This document shows positions 39,269-58,316 of a DNA stretch of 64,000 nucleotides, piece by piece. The translations under genes were made by a program, and so were the position numbers. The notes under the pieces are model-generated. The model did not search any database. It was not told the DNA's origin and was given only the letters and a program-made list of their open reading frames with translations. Position 1 is the stretch's first letter. Every line of letters starts with the position of its first letter. The DNA lies in assembly GCF_009914755.1 (NCBI RefSeq), contig NC_060936.1; one strand, given 5' to 3'. This DNA comes from the human T2T-CHM13v2.0 reference genome, Homo sapiens.

Positions 39269-41378
39269 CTGCGTCCAGGAACAAAAGATAAACGGAGAGA
39301 GGTGAATGGAGATGAACTGGAAGGAATGCACAACTAAGTGAGGGAGGGCAAGGAATGGCACTGCTAACCATCTCTTAATTAAACCCATTAGTGTTTGGCA
39401 GCAGGACTTAATGAGATTAAATTAACAATCTCTTCAGGTTTAGGTTCTGTTCCTGGGTCCACCACTTACAAAATGGGCAACTTCACAGCAATCACTACTG
39501 TACTCTCTGTAAAATGGGATTAATTCTACCTGACTCTCTCTTACCTCACAGAGCTGCTGTGAACCTTAGTTAGGTGATGTGCTATGCATAGGTCTACATA
39601 AATGTTTCTTCAGTGAAGCTAGTGGTCCTACACCCTGACGGCCCATAAAAATCATGTGAGGAAACTTTTCAAACATAAGATGCTTGAATCTCACAGGGTG
39701 AAATTCTTATAACTGTCTGGGGTGGGAGCCTGATGTCAGTATTGGGAAGAGTTCTCCAGGTGGTGCCAATAAGCAATCAAGATTGAGAATTAAACTGATA
39801 ATATCTGCAATGTTCTTAGCTTTCTGGGAAATACTCTGTTTTTGCATGAATCAGAGGTAGGCCAATTGTCTATTTTTTAAAATCTCAGAGTTCAAGGCAT
39901 GTTGGGGAAAAAAAAACAGATGAGATCTCTCCCCTTTCATCTTCTGCATTACAGTCTGTTTGATCATTTATAGATCTAATCACTCTGTTCTTTTCCGTTC
40001 TACTCATGTCTTTCTTTCTTCCTTTTCTTTCTTTCTTTCTTTGGTATTGAAGGAGGAAAGGAAAGCAAACTAGAAAAAAGGGGAAGTTGGGTGAAATCTT
40101 TTCATTCCTCAATTGAAGAATATTTCCTAAATAGCACTATATATGAAGATCAGAACAATGTGCTCTCAGTACATAAAAATATTTATTAAACCATGACTTC
40201 TGTCCTCAACTCACTGACACTCCAACAGGGAAGTGCACTAGACATTTATTGAAGTATATGCTCTGCTCAAAGCTCACTGAATCAGATTTAGATACGTGGC
40301 CCAACCTGGGTCAATTTATTTTCTCTACTCGGAATTTGGAATTGATATTCAGAACCAGTTAATCTCTATGTGTGGCTGGAATTAAGGCATATAAAAACCA
40401 CATATGTGGTAGTCATCTGCTGCTATGAGGGCTGAGGATTAGAGAAAGCTGGGCTTCAGATCAAGAAGAAAGGAAAAGAAAGAAGTGCAGGGAATATACT
40501 GATGCCTAAGTTACTTACTGCTTCTGAGCCCTCCAGTAGGTCTAGCTGTATTACTGCTATTCGATTTTATAAGACATTCCTGTATTTCTATAGTAATTTC
40601 CCTGGTTTTGGCTTAAGCTAGCTGAAATAAATTTCAGTTAACATGCAAACAAAAAAATCTTAATTAATACAGGGACATACTTTTTTTTTTTGGGGGGGGG
40701 TGGGGGTAGAGATGGGGTCTCACTATGTTGCCCAGGTTGGTCTCGGACTCCTGGACTCAAGTGATCCTCCCATCTCAACCTCCCAAAATGCTGTGATTAT
40801 AGGCATGAGCCACCCCACCATGCCCAGCCAGGAAATAAGTTTTACGTCCAAATTAAAAAAAAAAAAAGAGAGAGAGCAATGTTGGATAAGTGATGAATGC
40901 TATAAAAGGGGTAAAGATTTTATGCTATAAGATTTCTGAAAAGGGTGGTATTATTATTACTATTATTTTGAGACAGAGTATTGCTCTTGTTGCCCAGTGC
41001 AATGGAGTGCAATGGTGTGACTTCGGCTCACAGCAACCTCCGCCTCCCAGGTTCAAGCAATTCTCCTGCCTCAACCTCCAGAGTAGCTTGGACTACAGGC
41101 ACATGCCACCACGCCTGGCTAACTTTTGTATTTTTAGTAGAGATGGAGTTTCTCCATGTTGGTCAGGCTGGTCTCGAACTCCCGATCTCAGGTGATCTGC
41201 CCGCCTTGGCCTCTCAAAGTGGTAGGATTACAGGCGTGAGCCACCGTGCCCGACCTAGCAGTATTACTATTAAGAAGGTCAAGGAGCCTGGGGCGGTGGC
41301 TCACGCCTGCAATCCCAGCACTTTGGGAGGCCGAGGCGGGTGGATCACGAGGTCAGGAGATCGAGACCATCCTGGCTA

Positions 41379-41898
<520 letters not shown>

Positions 41899-43452
41899 TG
41901 ATCCACCCGCCTCGGCCTTTCAAAGTGCTGGGACTACAGGCGTGAGCCACCATGCCCCAGCCTCAGCTGTACTTTAAATTAGAACAATAGAGGGCCTCTC
42001 TTCTCTGATGGCATCCACTATAGGAGAAAATGCAAATTATTTATTTTAATAGATATCATCGATAACATTTTTATACTGGCGTGGTTGGAAATATCTTGCA
42101 CACTTGGGCTCCCTATTGATTGAAGAGAAATCCTTTTAATAGCACAGCATCTAGTACTAGAGTACAGTCACTAATCATTCACTTATTCATTCAACAAGTA
42201 GTTATTGAGCACCTACTATGTGCTGGGCACTGTTGTAGGAACTAGGGATAGAACAGTGAACATGTACACCCCCTCAGCGACCTTATAAGGAGAAAAAACC
42301 CAAAGTATAAATACAATTTAAATTTGTTTTAAGGAATAAAAAATAAGCCCTTAGAGTTATCTCTCTCATCTCCTCCCGTGTTTTCCTTTGTTTTATTTTT
42401 CTTCTTTACCTAGACCATCAAATTTCTTTTTTACAAAGCAGTAACTGGCCCGTAGGTGGCACCAAAGGATGGAGAGCCCTTCCCACAGACGAAAGCTCTC
42501 CCAGGCCAAGGAAAGCCCTTTAAATGAGGACTTTAATTGAGGTCCAGGAGTCCCAACACCAGGCATTTATTCATCCCACACTTTCCTAAATTGAGAAATG
42601 CAAACTGAGCCTGAGTTGCTAAGAGCCCTGAAACTCATGGGCTCTTGACACAAAGCAAAACACACAAAGCAAGCAAACACCTTCAGAAGAAATCAAGTGC
42701 TTCTCTTCCTGCTTAATGAAATGCTTCAAGATACTGTCCACAGAATACCTACATCCGAATTACCTGTGTTATAAGGGACTAGTCTCTATAACAAGCTACG
42801 CAGCTAATTCTGATATATATGAAAGTTTGAGAATCAATGGAAAAGTGCTAAGGGTGTGAGTCAGTTTCAGCTCCTCTATAAGTCTTATGTATGGCTTGGG
42901 GCAAGTCTCTTAATCTGTATTTCAGGTGTAAAATGAGGATAGCAGTACACATTGTGAACTATCGTAGTTGTAAAGATAAAATGAAAGACCATAAGAAAGT
43001 GCTTCAGAATACATAAATGTCATTATTTTTCTCTATTCAGAAGGGAATACATGGCATATAATATCTTAAATCTAGTTTTTATAAACTATTAGAAGAGTAA
43101 GAAAAACATGATACTGAAATGGCTTTTCTGTTACAAGTTGTTCCCTTCACCTTTAATTTGTACATCTGAGTTGCTGAGGTGTAAGATGGTAAGCTACCTT
43201 TAATATTTGAGACATGGGGGAAAAATTATTCACCTTATTATGAGGCCAGTGCTGTGCCTACATAATAATGTTTAATGTGCTTTCCATTTTTAAAAGTTAT
43301 TCCATACATCTCATTCAATCCAAATTGCCACCCTATGAGGTGATAAGACTGTAAGGATTTCCCCCTTTTATATGTGTTAGTAGGCATTTGGGAGTTGAAG
43401 GACTAACATAAAGTTACACAACTTCTATAAAGAGAACTGAGGCTAAAACTCA

Positions 43453-43827
<375 letters not shown>

Positions 43828-44042
43828 TTATACTTTTTCAGTCTGTGATAAAATATTTTGAAGAATTCTGCTCTAGCTAGACATGATACAATGGTTACTT
43901 TATTTGTACAAATGACACAATATACACACTAGAGCCACATCATGTGCACCTTTAGCTTATACAAATTTAACAAAATGAGCTGAGCAAAAACTAAAAAATC
44001 AGTTTTAATGGTACAGATCATTCTGCCCACCCATGTACTCAA

Positions 44043-44058
44043 TGTATGTGTGTGTGTG

Positions 44059-44119
<61 letters not shown>
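44043..44119. repeat. (TG)6(TA)8(CA)n compound microsatellite
   Basis: Read directly. Confidence 0.95.
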
Positions 44120-44449
44120 GTATAAGCCCTGGAGGGAGTGTGGGATAAGATACATGCAGCTTCCTTTCCCTCGGTCAATGTCCAGTGTGTTTCAAGCACT
44201 CTAACTTCTAATGGAAGTAGTATTGACTTCTTTAAAAGCAGCGGATTTCACTCATGCCAAATTTTTATGCTCAGGCTCACTGAGGTTGAGTAAAAACGAG
44301 AATTCTAACTTTTAAATAGAGATGCTGTCAGCCTATGACATTTAATGCCTTCTTAGTTTCAGTTCTTAGTTTCAACACTGGTCAGAAAATGCTGAGTGTC
44401 TGTGTGTGTTGGTGATAGAGAAAGAGGCTCAACCCAGTTTCAGTGATCT

Positions 44450-45765
44450 TCTTGTTTTCACTAATTAAAAGGATTGCTAATACTCAATCCTTTAGGCAAA
44501 GACACAGGAAACCAGGCATTCTTGTGCTTTGTTGGTGGGAGTATAAACTCCTTTAGAGAGCAATTTAGTGATATTTATTTTAAAAATTTAGATGTATGCA
44601 TTCTTTGACCCAGGAATTCCACTTCCGAAAATGTATCCCCCAAAATACTTGTTTACATGTAAAAATATCTATGTACAACAATGTTCTTATATTATTAATA
44701 ATACTGTAAAACTTCAACAAAATGTCCACCGAGAAGTGTCTCATTAAATAAATGATATTGAGGCCATACAACAAAATACTATTAGATGAAAAAGAATGAA
44801 GCAGAGCTGTACGTGCTGGAAGGTAAATGGAAAAAAGAGTTACAAAACAGTGGAGTGGACATCTGTTACTTTTTGTAAGGCTCAGCTTCCATTTTTCCTG
44901 CTTCTCTTTATAGGCTCTTTTTTTTTTTTTTCCTTTTTTTGCAAAATGACTCCCCCTTATCTGGAATCAGAGAGAGTGTTGAATAAGGCATAAGCACATG
45001 ACCCAATCAAGTTCTATCTCTCCTAGGAATTTTAATCTCGAACAGAAACGATACAAAGACAAAAAGTGGTTGGAGGAGGTACACTGAAATGGCAGTGCCT
45101 GGAGAACTGCACATGAGCCCTTGCTCTCTGTGTCATGGAAGTTGCTTTACCAGCGTGGCTCTTCATGTTTTCCCGCTCAGTTCTTCAGCTCTTTACCTAC
45201 CTCATATCCTTCCAATAAATTCCTTTTCAGCCTTAAGTCAGCCAGAGTTTATTTCTATTGCTTGCAAATCAAATAATCCTACTGATACAAAAGTAATCTC
45301 ATTTTTGTAAAGTCATATATAATGTAGCTGTACATATGTATATAGAAAAAAACCTAGAAATATACATGCCAAATTAATGGAGACTGTTTGAGGGTAGAGA
45401 TTGGGTGGAATGGGATTGTCGAAAAGGTGAAAATGGGCTGATGCTGGTCAAATGGTAGAAAGTTCCAGTTATGCAAGACGAATAATTACTGGAGCTCTAA
45501 TGCACTCACTGCATGGTGATGATAGTTAACAATGTTGTATTACATGCTTGTAATTTGCTAAGAGGACAAGTCCTAAATTAAATCTCCCTACTCAACCCCA
45601 TGCACACATGCACACAAATGTAACTATGCGGAGGTAATGGATATGTTAGTTAGCTTTCATGTGGTGATTATTTCACAATGTATACATATATCAAAACATC
45701 AAGTTGTATACCGTAAATACATACAATTTTTATATGTTGATATCTCAATAAAACTGTTAAAAAGA
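44450..45765 (+). mobile_element. L1M fragments (including an L1MA-type 3' end at about 45430-45760) with an MLT1-like insert
   Basis: ctttgacccaggaattccactt; atagttaacaatgttgtattacat; gtggtgattatttcacaatgtatacatatatcaaaacatcaagttgtata. Confidence 0.65.
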
Positions 45766-46190
45766 ACTTTCACTACTTAGCTTTATGTGTTTCTGTTTTC
45801 GTCTATTTTCAATGTTCTTGAGTTACTTTTGTAAATAAAAAAGCTTTGAACATTTTCATGAAGGTGGGCTCTGGAATAAGACTAAACAAAAGAAAATCTA
45901 GACTTTTAAGAAAAATACTCTTACAGAGTTATTTTTTGCTCAACTGGCTAGAACCTAATACTAATGAAGTCACCAATATAGTTTCTATCATTTTTAGGGA
46001 GTAATTATCTTCTGTAACTTTTATTGACATGAATTGTCCCCTTAGCCTCAGACTTCCTCCAAATATCTATTATTAGAATAACAATAAATGTTACATGAAA
46101 AGACTCCCAAATGACTTATTTCCAACTGGCCATTAGCCTTTTTCATTTTGATTTTTTGACTTCTGACAAACTCAAAATGTGCAGTACTGA

Positions 46191-46793
<603 letters not shown>

Positions 46794-46846
46794 TGAGCCT
46801 CCCAAAGTGCTGGGATTATAGGTATGAGCCAGCATGCCCGGCCTGA

Positions 46847-47134
<288 letters not shown>

Positions 47135-47390
47135 TAGTAGAGACGGGGTTTCACCATGTTAGCCGGGATGGTCTCCATCTCCCGACCTCGTGATCCGCCC
47201 GCCTCGGCTTCCCAAAGTGCTGGGATTACAGGAGTGAGCCACTGCGCCCGGCCTCTCTCGTATCTTAGTATATGTCAAGTCCTGTTTACTTTAAACTTCA
47301 AATGGTGTTTTGAATCTACTGCTCTGACAGCCACTACCACCAGCCTTGTCCATATCCTATTTCCTGCTACTAGTCTCTTCTCTCTAATCC

Positions 47391-47618
47391 TGTGTTTCTC
47401 AAGCAGTTTTTTTTTTTCATCATTGCCCCTATAAGGAGGCTTTCTAGGCTTTTTCTCCCTTAATTATCCCCATCACTGAAATATTAATACCACAGGTAAA
47501 CTGTGTATCTGTTTATGCACTGTGGTCCTTTGAAGCTGTAATAAGACCTAGGTCACCGCACCCCAACAGGAACCCACTTTCACCCACTGGGGGCGTTATC
47601 ACCCCCATTGAGAATCTA
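47391..47618. mobile_element. MER96B-like hAT MITE
   Basis: gtgtttctcaagcagtttttt...cattgcccc.ataaggag ... gggggcg..atcacccccattgagaat. Confidence 0.55.
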
Positions 47619-47776
47619 TGTTCAAATCATTCTGTGTATTACTGTCAATCTGGGCTAATCTCTTTAAAGTACAATTTTAGCCATATCACTGCCCTTCTCA
47701 AAAATGTTTAGCAGGCTGGATGTGGTGGCTCATGCCTGTAATCTCCACACTTTGGGAGGCTGAGGCAGGCAGGTCA

Positions 47777-48091
<315 letters not shown>

Positions 48092-48717
48092 TTAGTTTGC
48101 TTCACCCTTTTTCCTTCTCATTTCAATGCAGCTCTCTAACAAGGTTCTATCAATTCACTTTTGTATTAACTGTGCTGGAAGTGCTTGTTTCCCTCATGTA
48201 GGCTAACACTGGGCTTTTCTCAGACTTTGATACTGTTACCACTGTGCTAGATCATTTATAAAGTTTTCTCTGCTTACTCCAGGTCACAATGATTTTCTGT
48301 TGAACACAGTATTCTGTATTCCTCATCTCAGTGAATGCCAGCATATCCATCCAACCTCCCAAATTAGAAACTTGGAAGTCACTTCTGACTTCCTCTTCTG
48401 AAATTCCCATATCTATTTGGTAAGGATTAACTATCAGTTCTGAGTAAGAAATGTCACTCAGATCTAATTGCCTCTATCCCCACAGCCTCTTCCAGGCTAG
48501 AACTGGAGAAAGAGCATCCTGGCTGACCTCATTGCACTTTGCTTTTCATGACTTCTATCTCTCTATCATACTGAAGCACTAATTCTTTTGTTTGTTTGTT
48601 TGTTTGTTTGAGATAAGTCTCACTCTATCACCCAGGCTGGAGTGCAGTGGCACGATCCTGGCTCACTGTAACCTCTGCCTCCTAGGCTCAAGTGATTCTC
48701 CTGCCTCAGTCTCCTGA

Positions 48718-48897
<180 letters not shown>

Positions 48898-49690
48898 TAA
48901 TTCTTCAAAATAAAGAAATGTCTCATCATGTCATTACCCTGCTTAAAAATCTCTCATGGCCACTGCCTTCAGGCTAAAAGTCAAATGCCTTGCCTTAAAC
49001 AAGGGTCTCTACATTCTGCTTCCAACTAATATTGTTCTGCCCGCCACTCTATATACACAGAACTCTGGTCACACTCATCTTTTCATCAATAGCAGAGTCA
49101 TCTAAGCCCTCTCATGATTGTATGCCAATGATACTTTATTTCTATGTCTAATATGTCACCTAACATATTGTATTGTAATTAGTCTGTTACATGTTTTTTT
49201 CTGCTCTTAGACTCATAGCCATTTGAAGGCAGGGAGTACAGCTTCTTGGTATCCCTGGTGTCTAGCACTCACTCTGAGAGTACTGGATGATGGAATAAAT
49301 GCACTTAGTTATAGAGCATCATAATGTTACTTAAATGTTTTATGCGGAGTCACAAAAATACAAGTCCTTGACAAGTAGGCTGAAAACAAAAATTCTCGAT
49401 TCTACTTCTTTTGATTCTTCATTGTGTGATATGGCTTATAACGGGAGTTCAATAAAATTCTATTACATGTATTTAGATGGAGTTGATTCCTTGTTCTGTG
49501 AGTGGGCTTCCTCTTATCAATAGTAAGTTCATTCCCTGACTTTTTTTGTATACCTACTCTGTGTTAGCCACTGTGCTAAAAGGCTAGAAAGGCTAGGGAT
49601 ATAGGAATGGACCAGGCAGACATGGTCACAAGCCTCACATAGCATATTGTCTCCTATGTCAATGACAATAGTTACGAGCGTAATAAATAC

Positions 49691-49894
49691 CTCCCGAATG
49701 TTCTGCTGCTCCACCTCGTGCCGCTTGATCATTATTTTCCGCTTGAAGAAACGACAATTTTTGTCGTAGTACAGTCTCTGTTGAGTGAGAAGGTGGGCTT
49801 CCTCTTCAGCCTGTGTGTGCTGCAAGTTCTCTTTATGTTTGGAGATCCGCTCTTGCTTCTCTTTCTTGGGTGTGCTATGGTCCTCATTCATTTC
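49691..49894 (-). CDS. TAOK3: TAOK3 coding exon ([15 protein letters not shown]...EQQNIRE, 68 codons)
   Basis: AG at 49895-49896, donor GAG|GTATTT; 204 nt, phase 0/0. Confidence 0.96.
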
Positions 49895-50124
49895 CTAAAA
49901 AGAACAGACAAAAACCAAGCCAGCCTTACTAAATGAAAGGGACTGTAACAGCTTATTGCAACTGAAGATTAAGTTATTTGGAAAGCCAATGCAGATGTAA
50001 GCACAGAAAAGCTTAGTGTTGCACATCCTTCCCCCAATTTTTTTTATTTGCTCATTAATTGAGTATTAAGTGAGAGGGACACTTGTGAGTTTCTGTATCT
50101 TTGGTTTCTCACTAACAGAAATTA

Positions 50125-50820
50125 TTTGTTCACTCATTCACTCAACACAAACTTAACAAGCTCCTATCATGTGACAGGCAGTGTGCAAGATACAGGACAC
50201 AAAGGTGAGTAAAAGGCCATGATAACTGCCACCGTGTGTCTTTATTATAGAATCAAAAATTAAAGAACCGCAGAAATGAACTAAAAATTACTGTGATCAC
50301 TGCTTTGAAGAGGACGTACTTGGCCCTAGAAGAATTTAATAGAAAATATTTAATCTTGGTAGTAACTAAGAAAAATTATTCAGAGTTAACCAGCGGAAAA
50401 GGAAAGGGAAGAATACTCTCAGTAGAGAAAACAGCATGTGCAAAACCCTAGGGGTTGGAGAGGAAACATGGTGCCATCAAGGGCTGAAAGAAGGTCAGAG
50501 GGGCTGGTGTAACGTAATATGAGATAAGTCTGGCCAGGTAGGCAGGACCATTGAGGCTTTACAGGCCAATATAAGGACACTGATCTTTAGTATAGGAGAA
50601 ATGGATTTCATGCATGTGAGAGTGTCATAATGAGATGCATTTGAAAATGATTACTCTGGCTGCCATGGGGAGAACAGAATGAAGGAGGCAAGAACATATG
50701 AAGATAGCTGGGAGGCTACTGGAAAGGTCCAGGCAAGAGAGATGGTAGTAGCTTGGACAAAGGAAGTAGTGACAAGACTGAGAGAAGCAGACAGATTCCA
50801 AAGAGAAGAGGTGACTATGC
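50125..50820. mobile_element. L2 fragment (a similar one at about 53140-53780)
   Basis: ttcactcattcactcaaca...cagcatgtgcaaa...tttgaaaatgattactctggctgc...ggaggctactg...gtccagg. Confidence 0.6.
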
Positions 50821-52064
50821 AAATGTCACTAGTTTGAATTTTAGGAAAAAACATTCTTCACTTGGGATTATAGAGTAAACAAACCATCTATATTTTCCAA
50901 GGACAAAATTCACAATTTTTCCAGAACATCTGAGCAAAGGAAACAAAGCAGTGAATCAGGACTGTTAAGATGTTAAACTGTGGTGAAAAGAAGAAGACTA
51001 CTTGTTAAGAAAGTACAGTATACTCTTCTTTCTTCATTTGGTTAGCTACTCACTCAGCTAAAATCTCCTTTAGTTGCTAACACCTATTTTACTTAATGTT
51101 TTGTGATGCCGATATCATAGACTATTTTATCTCTTAGCCAAGAAGTCTCTGTAAATCAACTTTCAACTATCCTGTTCCAGTGAAGCTGTAAGTGAAATCT
51201 TAGAATCAACAAGAGAAAGTGTTGTTTTCAGAGTAAGCTGGAGTAAGCTGGGATCACAAGAGGAAGCCTGGGTCATTCATCTCTTCATGCCGTGATGTCA
51301 CTACTTGGTTGGCCATTAACCACTAGACTGCAGACCCCGATTCAAATATAATCACAAAAATTTACTCCAAAATCAAGAATAAATTATTTCTGGACCATCT
51401 ATCATTCTGTATTAGATACTCCTGTTATCTATCAAAAGTGGTGATAATGAAAAAATTTTTTTGTCATTCCAAGGACAATATCTGTAAGTATATAAATATC
51501 TAAATATATATGCCACTTTAAATAGTCTGAACTAAGCTTTACTTCAGAAAAAGTAATATTAGCTTTTGCATAGAATGGTCTAGTGGGGTTATCTCAAATT
51601 GGCTTCTGGCTTTTTTTTTTTTTTCATGAGCATGTTCAAAGACAGAAGTGTAGGCCTGTGGGCTTTGGCACTCAAGTCTGAGTATGGTGAGCCAAAAATT
51701 GACGTATGCTTGAGGACTGAGTGGGGACTCTTAAATGCTGTTCTGTGGGAAAATCTTCTAGAAGGTAGAGTTCATGAAATTTCCAAATATCTCAATGTTA
51801 CAAAAACTCAAAATGGTGGCCATAGTCATAAAGTATGGCCTCCAGTGGATGAGTGGACGCGTGGAGTTAGAAATAAGGAAGGTATCTATTTATTTTATTT
51901 TACGATTTTTTTTTGAGACAGAGTCTTACTCTGTTGCCCAGGCTGGAGTGCAGTGGTGTGATCTCGGCTTACTGCAACCTCTGCCTCCTGTATTCAAGCA
52001 ATTTGTCCTGCCTCAACCTCCTGAGTAGCTGGGATTACAGGCACCCGCCATCAAGCTCAGCTAA

Positions 52065-52235
<171 letters not shown>

Positions 52236-52673
52236 TAGGCTATCTCTGATCCAGCAACATCATATTATGATATAAAAATTAAGCTCAAGCCAATAACTCA
52301 GAGAAAATGGAAAGAATGTGAACCTTCTGAGTTGGGCTATTCTCTCTACACCCGGGTTTTCTAGACCTTATGGTGTCAGAGATTCTACCCATTCAGCCAG
52401 TGTAAATCAAATACAATTTTCTGTTAGGTCTAACAATTACCAGTGGCTTACCTGGGCAGGACAAAAAATCCCTAGGCCCACCCCAACCCCCTTGGTTTCA
52501 CTTCCTAACTAAAAAAGAATTGGAGGAGAACCTTGCTGAGTCCTCTATTGCTAACCTACAAATCAGAATATGAGCTCAGGCCAGGCGTGGTGGCTCACGC
52601 CTGTAATCTCAGCACTTTGGGAGGCTGAGGTGAAGGATTACCTGAGGTCAGGAGTTCAAGACCAGCCTGGCTA

Positions 52674-52947
<274 letters not shown>

Positions 52948-53790
52948 TTAATACACTTAGTAAGTCTACAAATAAGAAATACTAAGGTTTATGAGAAGAA
53001 AAGTCCATGGAGCTGCAGACGATTCACCTGTAAGTACTGGTAAAAGGAGAACTGAAGAAATTTGAGCTTTCAGATCAAAGTGCAGTTCTTTGGGAAGAAC
53101 TCCTAAGTCCACTAGTGGTCTTCAACCAAATATTCCAGAATCAATCATTCATTTACCAAATATTCATGTGTACAGGGCACAGGGATACAGTTGTGAGCAA
53201 ACAAAAACATGGTCTGTGCTCTTATGATGCTTACCAGTTAGTAGAGTAAGTAGCTCAAATAATCATTAAACAAATGTATAATTAAAGGCTCTAGTTAGGA
53301 AACCAGAGACATCTGTCTTGGCTGAGGCAGTTAGAAAAGGCTTCCTTAGGAAAGTGACATTTAAGTTAAGATCCTAATAACCAATCCCGCATTGCACAAG
53401 GAGGAGAAGTAGGAATTAACCGAGCAAAATTGTGGTCAGGGAGGGCTTGGGGGTAGGGAGAACATCTTGGTGGAAGAAACAGTATGTGGAAAGACCTTGG
53501 GGAAGGGTGGAGCTTGATAAATTTGAGGAACTGAAAGGTGACCATGGTGGCTGGTGCAGCGAAGAGTGGGTTGAGGGTAGGGGCAGCATTAGTGTGAGAT
53601 GTCACTGAACGAGTAGGCTAGGAGGGGACTGTGTAGGGACTTCTAGGATTTTGACTTGTCCTAAAAGCAATGGGAAGACAATGGATTTCAAAACTATGCA
53701 GTAGAATGACCAGATTTATGGTTTGAAAAGATCACTTTGACTGATGTGGAAAATACATAGGAAGAAGACAAGAATGGTTTAGAGTTATAT

Positions 53791-54342
<552 letters not shown>

Positions 54343-54434
54343 ACTAGAATATTGATCACAATGCAAGATGAGTGAATGTTAAGTTCCAACCATTCTAATG
54401 GCAACTTGGTGAGAACAAACATTGGTATCCTTAC

Positions 54435-54563
54435 CTCTTTTATTTTTTCCTTACAAATCTTATACTGCTTCTTCTGACTTTCTAAGAAAGTTGTCAAATC
54501 TTTCTTCTGCTGGGCCAAGATCTGTTGCTGGAACTTCTTCTCATCTGCTGCAGCTACCTTTGC
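54435..54563 (-). CDS. TAOK3: TAOK3 coding exon ([14 protein letters not shown]...KEKIKE, 43 codons)
   Basis: AG at 54564-54565, donor GAG|GTAAGG; 129 nt, phase 0/0. Confidence 0.97.
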
Positions 54564-54765
54564 CTGATAAAATAACAAATACAATGTAGGATGAATCTAT
54601 TCTTTACACAGAATTCAGTGATCTATATTCTCCAGTGCAGTAAGACAGTCCATGAGTGCTAATAATGAGACATTTTTGAACAAATATTAAAAAATAATTG
54701 TTTTTCTGATTTTCTTGTATCTTAAAGAAACACAAAAAAAAAAACACCAGAAATTTTCACCATTA

Positions 54766-55158
<393 letters not shown>

Positions 55159-55713
55159 TCATGGGATGAAAGGAGACCTAAGAATAACATTTTTTTTTGA
55201 GATGAGGTCTCGCTCTGTCGCTCAGGCTGGAGTGCAGTGGCTCGAGCATAGCTCACTGCAGCCTAAAAATCCCGGGATCCAGCGATCCTCCTGCCTCAGC
55301 CTCCTGAGCTGCTGGGACCACAGGCGTGCAGCACCAGTCCTGGCTAAGTATTTTTAAAAAATGATCGTAGAGACTGGGTCCCACTTTGTTGCCTAGGGTC
55401 ATCTCAAATGCTTGGCCTCAAGCTATCCTCTCTCCTCAGCTTCCCAAAGTGCTGAGACTACAGGCGTGAGCCACCATGCCCGGTCAGAACTAAGGATTTA
55501 GTTCTGATATAAATCTAATAAAGGTTTTTACATCATATTGTTGATAGCCCAAAGGTTAAGTTGTAAAAATGTATAAATAACCATGCCTGGCCAGTTTTAT
55601 TCCAAGAATCAAACTCTAACTGATTAACTATTCCAACTATCAGATTTTCCAGTGGTATCAACTCAAGTGTAATTGGAACGCTAACGGCATTTTGTTTTCT
55701 TTTTTTTTTCTGA

Positions 55714-56052
<339 letters not shown>

Positions 56053-56690
56053 TAAAACACATACTATATAAAAGGTCATCCAATAAATACTGGCTCCTGA
56101 AAGTGACCAAATCTGTTTCTGGTAACCACTGGGTGAAGGATATACGTAAGACGAGCGACTTGGGAGATAGAGGGGGAATTATGCTTCATGGCTCATGGCT
56201 CTTTTTACGTATCTTTTTCACCTGCAACTTCCATGAAGGACAATTCTTCCATTATGAACAATTCTCACAACATATTTACCAAGTCAAATCCCAAGAAAGA
56301 ATCTGACTGATTTATTTAATCAACATCATCCTTGTCTGGGCAGAGGTTTTCATGCCAGACTGCCTCACAGATTGATGGCTGTTGGGGGAAATCTTTCTTC
56401 TACAACCTGATTGTTCCTTCCATGTGGAGACAGAGAGAGACAGAGAGACCAAGAGAGACAGAGAGCAAGCTCAATTATGGAAACACCCTGGAACTGTGTC
56501 CCCAGTCACTGCATGCCCAGGGAGCACATGTCCACCACATTTTTCAACACTATGGAAGTCTCATGGGGGTGGCAGGAAAGGTGACTCAGTTTTAGCACTG
56601 CTTGAGCAGGCAGATCTGCTTAATTTTGTTTTCCTGCAGACATAAATCACCTCTTGTACCTAACATGTATCAGTAATAGATGATATTATG

Positions 56691-56843
56691 GGGAGGGAGG
56701 AGGGATAGCATTAGGAGATATACCTAATGTAAATGACGAGTTAATGGGTGCAGCACACCAACATGGCAGATGTATACATATGTAACAAACCTGCACGTTG
56801 TGCACATGTACCCTAGAACTTAAAGCATAATGATAATAAAAAA
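56691..56843 (+). mobile_element. 153-bp L1PA (about PA4/5) 3'-end insertion with 13-bp TSD
   Basis: L1 3'UTR gggatagcattaggagatatacctaatg...; TSD agatgatattatg at 56678-56690 and 56844-56856. Confidence 0.93.
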
Positions 56844-56849
56844 AGATGA

Positions 56850-57797
<948 letters not shown>

Positions 57798-58083
57798 TAG
57801 AACGTGGATGGGGACGAGAGATGTTCCCTAGAAAATCCAAATAATTGCCGGACTCATTATTTGCTCCTTTTGCTCAGGGGCTCATCAGCTGTAGGCAGGG
57901 ATTATCACTACTATAAGAGACTATTTGTAAAGCAGTTTTCTTTTGAAGAGGACTGTGGGTATGGCAGATACAGTAACAGACTTTTGTTGTGCACGTTCTC
58001 AGAAGATGGAAGCATCTTGTTTCCCTTTACTTGTACCCAGGCCACCATCAAGGGACTGATACTCAGAATATACATAAGTATAA

Positions 58084-58316
<233 letters not shown>

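Noticed and set aside
47584-47596. CCACTGGGGGCG CTCF-like motif in the MER96B-like element
   Set aside because: Lacks the central A and is one base short of the core spacing
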